From IMG/VR virus record IMGVR_UViG_3300044657_000862, positions 1 through 32,641 of that record: a stretch of 32,641 nucleotides of DNA. One strand, given 5' to 3'. This document shows positions 1 to 7,299 of the stretch, one piece after another. A program made the translations under genes and the position numbers. The first letter of the stretch is position 1; each line of letters opens with the position of its first letter. Under the pieces are notes generated by a model. That model was given only the letters and a program-made list of their open reading frames with translations, was not told where the DNA came from and did not search any database. The stretch is from a virus. Lineage: Duplodnaviria > Caudoviricetes.

Positions 1-2
1 CT

Positions 3-920
3 GCTAAGTCTTTAGAGTTATTGCGCCCGACGATCCGCGCTCCCGGTTCGCAGATATGGTTCTCCTGGAATCCTCGCAATCGTATGGATGCGGTTGACAA
101 GTTCCTGCGCGGCGATGATGTGCCGGAGGGCGCGGCGGTGGTGCAAGTCAACTACGACAGCAACCCGTGGTTCCCGAAAGAGCTTGAAGCCGAGCGTTTG
201 CTTGATCACCGTATGCGGCCCGACCGATACAGCCACATCTGGCAAGGCGACTATGAGCCCCAGGCGGTCGGCGCGATCTGGACCATGCGCGACATCAACG
301 AAGGGCGGCAAACCGAAATGCCGGATGATCTATCGCGCATCCTGATAGCCGTTGATCCGGCTGTATCAAGCCACGAGCATTCCGACAGCCACGGCGTCCT
401 GGCGGTGGCGTCCAGCCAGTCCGGGCACGGCTACGTTTTGGAAGACGGATCGACGCGGGGCGCACCGGAGCAATGGGCAAGGCGTGCCATCGCCATGTAT
501 GACCGCTACGATGCCGACGGGATCGTGATCGAAAAGAACCAGGGCGGCGATATGTGCCGCCACGTCCTGAACAGCGTCCGCCCTGGTATCAATATCATCG
601 AGGTACACGCGACGCGTGGCAAGCACGTACGTGCTGAACCTATATCGGCGTTGTACGCGTTGGGTCGCATCCACCACATCGGCACATTCCCGCAATTGGA
701 ATCCGAGATGTGTCAGATGACAGCCGCTGGCTACGAAGGCGATGGATCGCCCGACCGGGTTGATGCTATGGTCTGGGGATTTACCGAGCTATTCCCGAAG
801 CTGGTGAATAAAACTGGCGAGGTATACCGCCAGCAAGCGGTGGCTGATATGGATTACAACGTCATGAGCTACGAGACCAGCGACTACCGGGGCCGTCAAG
901 CCGTGGCGATTGGAGATTGA
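3..920 (+). CDS. terL: Terminase large subunit, 5'-truncated by the window edge
   Basis: The frame is open from nt 3 (AKSLELLRPTIRAPGSQIWFSWNP, the end of a terminase ATPase domain). RNase H-like nuclease motifs follow: IAVDPA, IVIEKNQGG, KHVRAEP, SPDRVDA. It lies upstream of the portal. Confidence 0.92.
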   Translation, partial: AKSLELLRPTIRAPGSQIWFSWNPRNRMDAVDKFLRGDDVPEGAAVVQVNYDSNPWFPKELEAERLLDHRMRPDRYSHIWQGDYEPQAVGAIWTMRDINEGRQTEMPDDLSRILIAVDPAVSSHEHSDSHGVLAVASSQSGHGYVLEDGSTRGAPEQWARRAIAMYDRYDADGIVIEKNQGGDMCRHVLNSVRPGINIIEVHATRGKHVRAEPISALYALGRIHHIGTFPQLESEMCQMTAAGYEGDGSPDRVDAMVWGFTELFPKLVNKTGEVYRQQAVADMDYNVMSYETSDYRGRQAVAIGD

Positions 921-921
921 T

Positions 922-1008
922 ATGAGCGACAACATCAAAACGCTACTGACCGAAGAATACCGCAAGATGGGCAAGGCCAAGCCTAAGAAGAAGTCCAAAG
1001 CTAAATGA
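922..1008 (+). CDS. Small basic peptide, 28 aa (MSDNIKTLLTEEYRKMGKAKPKKKSKAK), not in the ORF track
   Basis: GGAGA SD at 912-916, ATG at 922, and the stop overlaps the GNAT start (ATGA at 1005-1008). It fills the gap exactly. Confidence 0.6.
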   Translation: MSDNIKTLLTEEYRKMGKAKPKKKSKAK

Positions 1009-1463
1009 TCCGACCCATGACCGCGCAGGACATCCCCGTCCTAATCGTATTAGGCGCGGAGATGCACAAGGAAAGCAGATATGCAAACTTGGACTTTGAT
1101 CCTCAGAAGCTGTGGCAGCTTGGCGAGACGATGCTGGGCAACCCTGATTCGTGGCTTGCGCTGGTCGTTGAACGCGATGGCGACACCATTGGATTTTGCT
1201 GCGGCTACGTTGCGCCGCATTTCTTCGGCAACGACCTGACCAGCGGCGACCTTGCGATTTATGTAATGCCAGAGCACCGGGGCGGCACGATAGGTGCGCG
1301 CCTGGTCAAGCTGTACACCAGTTGGTGTGAAGCGCAGGGCGTTCGAGGGCCGCTGCTAGGTGTGTCGGCTGGCATCACGCCAGACAGGACTGGGCGGCTA
1401 TACGAGCGGCTTGGATACACTGAGAAGTACATCATTTACAAAAAGCCGATTCCGGTGATATAA
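1005..1463 (+). CDS. GNAT-family N-acetyltransferase
   Basis: MIRPMTAQDIP start and the acetyl-CoA-binding motif A IYVMPEHRGGTIGARLV. The C-terminus has LYERLGY. Confidence 0.85.
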   Translation: MIRPMTAQDIPVLIVLGAEMHKESRYANLDFDPQKLWQLGETMLGNPDSWLALVVERDGDTIGFCCGYVAPHFFGNDLTSGDLAIYVMPEHRGGTIGARLVKLYTSWCEAQGVRGPLLGVSAGITPDRTGRLYERLGYTEKYIIYKKPIPVI

Positions 1464-1501
1464 CTCACCGAAGCGGCAGAACTTTTTAAAGGATTTCACA
1501 C

Positions 1502-1714
1502 ATGGGCGGCATGTTTTCAGCTCCATCAGCCCCAGCACCCCCTCCGCCACCGCCACCGCCACCTGAAAAATCGGCGGAAGAAGTGCGCGCCGCTGAGCAG
1601 GACGCTCGTCGTCGCGCTGCTGGTGCAAAGGGCCGCGCATCAACGATATTGACCGGGCCCACTGGCGCCGGTGACGCAGAGACAGGCGGCAAGAAAATGC
1701 TGCTTGGTGAATAA
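1502..1714 (+). CDS. Small Pro-rich virion-associated protein preceding the portal
   Basis: MGG start, poly-Pro tract, GRASTILTG and a KKMLLG end. This pattern is typical of small genes just upstream of podovirus portals. TAATG overlap with the next gene. Confidence 0.7.
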   Translation: MGGMFSAPSAPAPPPPPPPPPEKSAEEVRAAEQDARRRAAGAKGRASTILTGPTGAGDAETGGKKMLLGE

Positions 1715-2289
1715 TGGTTGATACAGTCCGCACCACAGCCGCCCTGTTGTCTGGCGTATTTCAGGACGGGCAAGCGGCTAACGAAATTACCGCAAACGAT
1801 ATGCGGGATTTGATTGTTTCGTTGCGTCCCAGCTTTGGCGAATGCTCGATGCAAGGCAACGCAACGGCCACAACCATTGCTGTTGCCGGCACTTACTACA
1901 AGGTTTCTGGAACTACGGCGCTTTCGGGCAACGAGTTGCTGTTCGACAACGACGCCACGAATACCGGGCGGCTGCGCTATACCGGCGCGCCAAATAGGAT
2001 TGTGTTGTTTAGCGCGTCCTGCTCGCTTTCGGCGGCGTCTAATAACCAAGTCTTGTCTCTAAAAGGTTGGCATTACGACGACAGCGCAACGTCCGGCTCG
2101 TTGGTGACCACCAGCCTTGTAAGTCGCAAAGTCACTGCATCTGGCGAGCTGGGCGCGGTCGTGGTGCAGGGTAGCGCATTGATGAGCGTGAACGATTATC
2201 TGGAGATTCACGTTACGAACGAAACAAGCACAGCCGCTGTGACTGTAGCGGATTTCAATTTTCAAGCCTTCGCATTCCCAACCGTCTAA
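1714..2289 (+). CDS. Putative structural fibre or decoration protein with a beta-rich C1q/TNF-like C-terminal domain
   Basis: Ser/Thr/Ala/Val-rich with alternating beta patterns (TGRLRYTG, MSVNDYLEIHVTN) and an N-terminal helical segment EITANDMRDLIVS. It lies in the head operon. Confidence 0.55.
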   Translation: MVDTVRTTAALLSGVFQDGQAANEITANDMRDLIVSLRPSFGECSMQGNATATTIAVAGTYYKVSGTTALSGNELLFDNDATNTGRLRYTGAPNRIVLFSASCSLSAASNNQVLSLKGWHYDDSATSGSLVTTSLVSRKVTASGELGAVVVQGSALMSVNDYLEIHVTNETSTAAVTVADFNFQAFAFPTV

Positions 2290-2298
2290 GGCACCCGC

Positions 2299-3942
2299 AT
2301 GATTAGTCATGAACAGGTAATCCACCTTGTTAAACGTAAGGGCAAACTAAAGGCCCAGCGCGGCTCGTGGGAAACGCATTGGCAAGACCTGTCCAATTTT
2401 GTTCTGCCGAACGAAGCCGATTTCAACCTGAAGCGGTCCAAGGGTGACAAGCGCACAACGCTGGTCTACGACAGCACGGGGATTCATGCCAATGAAATGC
2501 TGGCCGCTGGCCTGCACGGAATGCTCACGAACCCAGCGTCTAACTGGTTCAGCTTGCGGGTTAAGGACGACAGCCAAGGCACTGGAAGCGGCTCCGAGGC
2601 AAAGCAGTGGCTTGAGGACACGACAAACGCTGTGATGGCTGAGCTATCGGCACCATCGGTGGCGTTTCCGTCGCACATCCACGAATACTATCTGTCGCTC
2701 TGCTCTATCGGCACTGCGTGCATGTTTGTTGGCGAGCCATCAACCCGCGAGGGCATCAGCTTTCGCGCCATCCACATTGATGAAATCTTCATTGCTGAGA
2801 ACGCTGACGGCATCATTGATACGGTTTTTCGCAGTTTCAAGATGACCGTCCGCCAGATCGTGCAGAAGTGGGGCGAAGAGTCTCTGTCTCCGCGCATCAA
2901 GCGAATGTACGAGAAGCAGGAGTTCGACAAGGAAATCGAACTTTTGCATTGTGTGTACCCGCGTGACGATGTGGACAAGGGCAAGCGGGCGGCAACCATG
3001 TTGCCCGTGGCGTCGATATATATTGACGAAAAAGAGCATCACGTCTTGGCAGAAGGCGGATTCGACGAGACGCCATACATGGTAAGTCGCTGGTCCAAGG
3101 CGGTCGGTGAGGTATTTGGTCGGTCGCCAGCCATGACGGCGTTGCCTGATATCAAGATGCTCCAGGAAATAATGAAGACCACTATTAAAGCGGCGCAGAA
3201 AGTTGTTGATCCGCCGCTTCTGGTTCCTGATGACGGCGTGCTTGGTCCAGTTCGCACCATCCCGGGCGGGTTGAATTATTACCGTGCGTCGTCTGGAGCG
3301 CGCATTGAGCCGCTGCTTACCGGTGGCAATATCGGCCTCAGTTACGAAATGATGAATGATCTGCGTGATCGCATCCGAACCACGTTCTTCCTCGACCAAT
3401 TGCAGTTCCAAGGCGCACCGCGCATGACAGCGACGGAAGTTGTTGAGCGCACGGAGCGCACGCTACGCCTGCTGGGGCCGACGCTAGGGCGTCTTCAGTC
3501 TGAGTTCCTTGGGCCTATGATTGAGCGCATTTACGGCGTTCTGTTGCGCGCTGGTCGCCTTCCAGAGCCGCCTGAATCTATCTCTGAACAAGAGTTGAAA
3601 ATTGAATATGTATCTCCGCTTGCGCGCGCGCAACGACAGACTGAGACACAGGGTATTATGCGAACCCTTGAGTTCGTTGGCCCGATTGCTGGCATGGACC
3701 CGCAGGCTGCTCAGGTGATCAAGGGCGCTGATACCGTCCGGCACATTGCGGGACTCAATGGTGTGCCGCCGATGCTTCTGAAATCAAACGAGGAGTTGAT
3801 GGAAGAGGCCAAGGCGCAGCAGGAGGCCCAAGCAGCGCAGCAGCAGATGATGCAGGGCGCTGCAGTCATGGACATGATGCAGAAGGGCGCGAACGTAGCC
3901 AAAACAGCAGGAGAGGCTGGGTTGAATCTTGTCCAAGGTTAG
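2299..3942 (+). CDS. Portal / head-tail connector (T7 gp8 / BPP-1-like)
   Basis: 547 aa with motifs YDSTG, LAAGLHGMLTNP..WF, FGRSPAM.ALPDIK.L, MTATEV.ER..E..RLLGP..GRLQSEFL.P.IER, IEYVSPLA.AQ, and a Gln-rich C-terminus. Confidence 0.95.
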   Translation: MISHEQVIHLVKRKGKLKAQRGSWETHWQDLSNFVLPNEADFNLKRSKGDKRTTLVYDSTGIHANEMLAAGLHGMLTNPASNWFSLRVKDDSQGTGSGSEAKQWLEDTTNAVMAELSAPSVAFPSHIHEYYLSLCSIGTACMFVGEPSTREGISFRAIHIDEIFIAENADGIIDTVFRSFKMTVRQIVQKWGEESLSPRIKRMYEKQEFDKEIELLHCVYPRDDVDKGKRAATMLPVASIYIDEKEHHVLAEGGFDETPYMVSRWSKAVGEVFGRSPAMTALPDIKMLQEIMKTTIKAAQKVVDPPLLVPDDGVLGPVRTIPGGLNYYRASSGARIEPLLTGGNIGLSYEMMNDLRDRIRTTFFLDQLQFQGAPRMTATEVVERTERTLRLLGPTLGRLQSEFLGPMIERIYGVLLRAGRLPEPPESISEQELKIEYVSPLARAQRQTETQGIMRTLEFVGPIAGMDPQAAQVIKGADTVRHIAGLNGVPPMLLKSNEELMEEAKAQQEAQAAQQQMMQGAAVMDMMQKGANVAKTAGEAGLNLVQG

Positions 3943-4171
3943 CAAAGACGACTTTCGATTTGTCTTCGGATCAGAAGAAGGCAAGCGAGTTCTTTCCCAC
4001 ATTTGTCGTGAGTGCGGTGTTTTGCGGCCTTCGTTTGTTCCAGGCGAAGCGCTGGAAAATGCTGCCTTTAACGAGGGCATGAGGAATGTCGCGTTGATGG
4101 TTCTCACGATGCTAGACGAAACACCGGAACGATTTTTAGAACTTTCACAGGAGATTGAAGCCAATGCCTAA
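3929..4171 (+). CDS. Bbp19-like small protein between portal and scaffold
   Basis: Motifs FGSEEGKRVL and AFNEGMRNVAL, typical synteny, and a TTG start with GGAGAGG upstream. Confidence 0.75.
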   Translation: MSKVSKDDFRFVFGSEEGKRVLSHICRECGVLRPSFVPGEALENAAFNEGMRNVALMVLTMLDETPERFLELSQEIEANA

Positions 4172-5006
4172 CGACACCGCACCCGCCGAAATGGTGGATA
4201 ATGCAGAAGCAGTTAGCGAAACGGCCCCTCAGACAGAAACAAGCAGCGACGATAATTGGCGTTCGTCGTTGTCAGAAGACCTTCGGGACAATCCAAGTTT
4301 CTCGAAATTCAAGGACGTAGACAGCCTCGCGGCGTCTTACGTCAATCTGCAATCGCACCTTGGGCGAGATAAGATTGCAAAACCAGTTACGGATAGCGAT
4401 TGGGATGACGTTTACGAGTTCCTTGGTCGCCCTGAAAGCCCTGAAAAATACGAAATTGAACTGCCGGAAAACTTGCCAGAAGAAATCGCTGGTCAGTTTA
4501 ACGATGAAACGCTTTCGTCGTTTAAGCAGGAAGCGCACAAGCTGGGCCTTAATGCGGAGCAAGTCAAAAGCCTTGTAGCATGGCAAGCTGGCAACATGAG
4601 TAATCAACATGAAGCCTATAAAGGGATCATTGATCAATCTATGGAACAGGGCGAAATCGCGCTGAAAGCAGAATGGGGTCGTGCTTACGATCAAAACTTA
4701 GGGTTTGCCCACAAAGCATTTGCTCAATACGGCGGCGAACAGTTGGCAGCCAAGATGGAAGCCAGCGGACTAGGGAATGACCCAGATGTTCTGAAGGCGT
4801 TTGCCAACATTGCCAAGACAACAATGGCTGACAAGGATTTGGCTGGACCGTCCAGCGGAACGCAGATGGCGTTGACGCCAGAGGAAGCTAGGGCTGAAGC
4901 ATCGGCAATTATGGGTCACGCGGCTTATACAGATAGGCGGCACCCAGAACACAATGCTATGGTCAAGAAGGTTCAGGCATTGTTTAATCAAGCCCATCCT
5001 GAATAA
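4164..5006 (+). CDS. Capsid assembly scaffolding protein
   Basis: Acidic helical protein with WRSSL.EDLR, LGRPESPEKY, AHKLGLN.EQ, LKAEWG..YD, GLGNDP and a C-terminal HPEH..V..V..L. AGGAG SD precedes the ATG at 4164. It lies upstream of the major capsid gene. Confidence 0.85.
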   Translation: MPNDTAPAEMVDNAEAVSETAPQTETSSDDNWRSSLSEDLRDNPSFSKFKDVDSLAASYVNLQSHLGRDKIAKPVTDSDWDDVYEFLGRPESPEKYEIELPENLPEEIAGQFNDETLSSFKQEAHKLGLNAEQVKSLVAWQAGNMSNQHEAYKGIIDQSMEQGEIALKAEWGRAYDQNLGFAHKAFAQYGGEQLAAKMEASGLGNDPDVLKAFANIAKTTMADKDLAGPSSGTQMALTPEEARAEASAIMGHAAYTDRRHPEHNAMVKKVQALFNQAHPE

Positions 5007-5008
5007 TT

Positions 5009-5155
5009 ATGGAAGAATATGCTGTAAAACTGCAATGTCTGCGACTTGCCCAGACAGGAAGCCCCGAGGTAACGGTGAAAGCTGCTCAGATATATTATGA
5101 TTGGGTAATTAAATCCGACAAGCCAAAGCGAGGGCGTCCGCCTAAGACAAACTGA
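5009..5155 (+). CDS. Small 48-aa protein ending in an AT-hook-like KPKRGRPPK, not in the ORF track
   Basis: ATG 2 nt after the scaffold stop. Translation: MEEYAVKLQCLRLAQTGSPEVTVKAAQIYYDWVIKSDKPKRGRPPKTN. It ends just before a terminator. Confidence 0.65.
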   Translation: MEEYAVKLQCLRLAQTGSPEVTVKAAQIYYDWVIKSDKPKRGRPPKTN

Positions 5156-5157
5156 AG

Positions 5158-5185
5158 AAAGCCCCGTGTAAAGCGGGGTTTTTTT
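5158..5185 (+). terminator. Rho-independent terminator
   Basis: AAAGCCCCG-TGTAAAG-CGGGGTTTTTTT hairpin with a U tract. Confidence 0.85.
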
Positions 5186-5189
5186 GTGT

Positions 5190-5218
5190 TTGCGCGCATC
5201 AAAGAAGCAATATACTAT
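5190..5218 (+). promoter_or_regulatory. Putative sigma70 promoter for the major capsid gene
   Basis: TTGCGC (5190-5195), 17 nt, TACTAT (5213-5218), immediately after the terminator. Confidence 0.55.
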
Positions 5219-5222
5219 TGAC

Positions 5223-5305
5223 TTGCCTTTTAACAGGTGGACAATTCCGCGTGGAACCCGCACAAGCACAAAGGCAGCTTGGGCCGTCGTAGGCGATAAC
5301 CCTAA
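5223..5305 (+). promoter_or_regulatory. Structured 5' leader of the major capsid mRNA
   Basis: TTGCCTTT (5223-5230) can pair with AAAGGCAG (5270-5277). Two hairpins (5237-5261 and 5281-5302) each carry an A(C/U)AA versus C internal loop. Confidence 0.5.
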
Positions 5306-5338
5306 ATTTACTGTTTCAACTTTTATTGGAGAACCCGT

Positions 5339-6214
5339 ATGTCTATCCAAGTGACAACGGCCTTCGTCGAACAGTACAGCGCCAACGTCCAGCACCTTGT
5401 CCAGCAGGACGGGTCTAAGTTGCGCGGTTCAGTTCGCGAAGAAGCCGTTACCGGCAAAAATGCCTTTTTCGAGCAGATTGGTGCCACGTCCGCACAGCGT
5501 CGGACGAGCCGCCACAGTGACACCCCCAGGGTTGACACCCCTCACGCACGTCGTCGCGTTAGCCTTGAAGATTTTGATTGGGCTGACCTCATTGACAATG
5601 AGGACAAGGTGAGGATGCTGATCGATCCGACTTCTGATTATGCCCGCGCAGCGGCCATGAGCATGGGTCGTGCGATGGACGAAGTTCTGATTGATGCGGC
5701 CCTTGGAAATGCCTACACCGGCGTTTCTGGCGGAACTGCCGTTGCAGGTCAGACGGCTATTGCTGCTGGTGCTACCGGACTTACGCTTGCCAAGCTGCTG
5801 TCGGCAAAAGAAACAATGGACGGTGACGATGTTCCTGAAAATGGTCGCGCCGTTGTTTGTACGTCTGAGCAGATCAGCGATCTCTTGAACACGACTGAAA
5901 TCAAAAGTTCAGATTTCAACACTGTCAAGGCACTTGCTCGCGGTGAGATCGATTCGTTTCTCGGATTTAAATTTATATCCGTGAACGGCAAGCGTATTGA
6001 CGGCACCAAGCTGGTTCCTGTTGATGGTTCTAGTGATCGCCGCTGTTTTGCATTCCAGAATGAAGGTTTGCTTCTTGGCGTCGGAGCTGACATGACAACG
6101 AAGATTTCAGAGCGTGCCGACAAAAACTATGCGACTCAAGTGTTTTGCTCGATGACTATCGGCGGCACTCGCATGGAAGAAGCCCGTGTTCTTGAAATCC
6201 TTTGCGCCGAATAA
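5339..6214 (+). CDS. Major capsid protein
   Basis: 291 aa with MSIQVTTAFVEQYSANV..L.QQ.GSKLR, DTPH.RR.V, D.EDK.RMLIDPTS.Y, SSDFNTVKAL..GEI..FLGF.F and G.TRMEE. GGAGA SD, position after the scaffold, and a dedicated promoter. Confidence 0.93.
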   Translation: MSIQVTTAFVEQYSANVQHLVQQDGSKLRGSVREEAVTGKNAFFEQIGATSAQRRTSRHSDTPRVDTPHARRRVSLEDFDWADLIDNEDKVRMLIDPTSDYARAAAMSMGRAMDEVLIDAALGNAYTGVSGGTAVAGQTAIAAGATGLTLAKLLSAKETMDGDDVPENGRAVVCTSEQISDLLNTTEIKSSDFNTVKALARGEIDSFLGFKFISVNGKRIDGTKLVPVDGSSDRRCFAFQNEGLLLGVGADMTTKISERADKNYATQVFCSMTIGGTRMEEARVLEILCAE

Positions 6215-6228
6215 GGAGGGCATAGAAA

Positions 6229-6648
6229 ATGACTGTACTTTATAGCGCAGAAATGGCCGGACTCGCCGCAGTTCCGGTTAGCCTCCCGTCTGGTGGCATT
6301 GTCGATGGTAACGTCCGCGTAAAACGGGCCACTATCACGCTTGCCACTCAGACGACTTCGGACACCATCGTTATTGCGAAAGCAACCGAAGGTGAGTCGT
6401 TCCTGTACGGCGTCGTTAATACCGACACGTCGCTGGGTTCAGCGCAGATTGCCATTGGCGTATCTGGCGCAGTTGCTAAATACAAAGCAGCCGCCGTTCA
6501 GACCGCTACCAATGCCCCGGCAATCTTCGGTGTAAACGCTGCAACTGCTACGGCGACTGCAAACGAAGAAATCTTTATCACGATTTCGGCTGCAAATTTG
6601 CCAGCTTCGGGCAATCTCGTTGTGGATATGTATTTCTCGGCAACGTAA
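6229..6648 (+). CDS. Capsid decoration/cement protein (putative)
   Basis: 139-aa Ala/Thr/Val-rich beta protein directly after the capsid gene, with a strong AAGGAGG SD. It is followed by a terminator, so it is co-expressed with the capsid. Confidence 0.7.
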   Translation: MTVLYSAEMAGLAAVPVSLPSGGIVDGNVRVKRATITLATQTTSDTIVIAKATEGESFLYGVVNTDTSLGSAQIAIGVSGAVAKYKAAAVQTATNAPAIFGVNAATATATANEEIFITISAANLPASGNLVVDMYFSAT

Positions 6649-6654
6649 TAAGGT

Positions 6655-6683
6655 TGGGGGGGCTTCGGCCTCCCCACATTTTA
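6655..6683 (+). terminator. Terminator hairpin with a cUUCGg tetraloop after the capsid genes
   Basis: TGGGGGGGC-TTCG-GCCTCCCCA followed by CATTTT. The position is analogous to T7 T-phi. Confidence 0.8.
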
Positions 6684-6696
6684 CTCAGAGGTATGC

Positions 6697-7299
6697 ATGG
6701 CGACTTCAGTTGTTCAGATTGTAAACAATGCTTTGGTCAAGATTGGTGCAAGTGCCATTTTGACACTGACTGAAGACAGTGAAGCGGCTCGTGCCGCTAA
6801 TCTTATTTATGAGCAGGTCCGCGACGCTTGCATCCGCGACCATGTTTGGAACTTTGCTGTCAACCGAGTGGAGTTGGCGCAGAACTCCGTCGCCCCCGCC
6901 TTCGGGTTTGCTTACCAATACAATCTTCCGTCTGACTGCCTTCGGGTGTTGCAGATGGAAAATATGAATATGTTTTACCAGATCGAAGGCGGCAAATTGC
7001 TGACCGACGAAGGCACTGCCAAAATTTTATACTTGGCCCGCGTTGAAGATGTAAACCTTTTTGATTCTATGTTTGTTGAAGCTCTGTCTGCCCGAATTGC
7101 TGCTGAGTTGGCTGTTACGTTGGCAGAAAGCAATACGCTTTATTCAAACATGATGGAGATGTACCAGCGAAAACTCGCTGATGCTCGGTCGATGGACGCA
7201 CAAGAAAGCGGGTACAGAGAAATTATTGCCGACACTTGGTTAGACAGTCGTCTTAATTACGCTGGCGGGCAAACCGTGAGCGTAAACGGCACATATTAA
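6697..7299 (+). CDS. Tail tubular protein A / adaptor (T7 gp11-like)
   Basis: Motifs V.I.N.AL.KIG, H.WNFA..R..L, F.Y.Y.LP.DCLRV and F..ALSARIAAELA, plus synteny. Confidence 0.88.
   Translation: MATSVVQIVNNALVKIGASAILTLTEDSEAARAANLIYEQVRDACIRDHVWNFAVNRVELAQNSVAPAFGFAYQYNLPSDCLRVLQMENMNMFYQIEGGKLLTDEGTAKILYLARVEDVNLFDSMFVEALSARIAAELAVTLAESNTLYSNMMEMYQRKLADARSMDAQESGYREIIADTWLDSRLNYAGGQTVSVNGTY

Noticed and set aside
6180-6230. Programmed frameshift or readthrough extending the major capsid protein, as in T7 10A/10B
   Set aside because: There is no slippery heptamer near the stop, the stop is TAA, and the next gene has its own strong SD.
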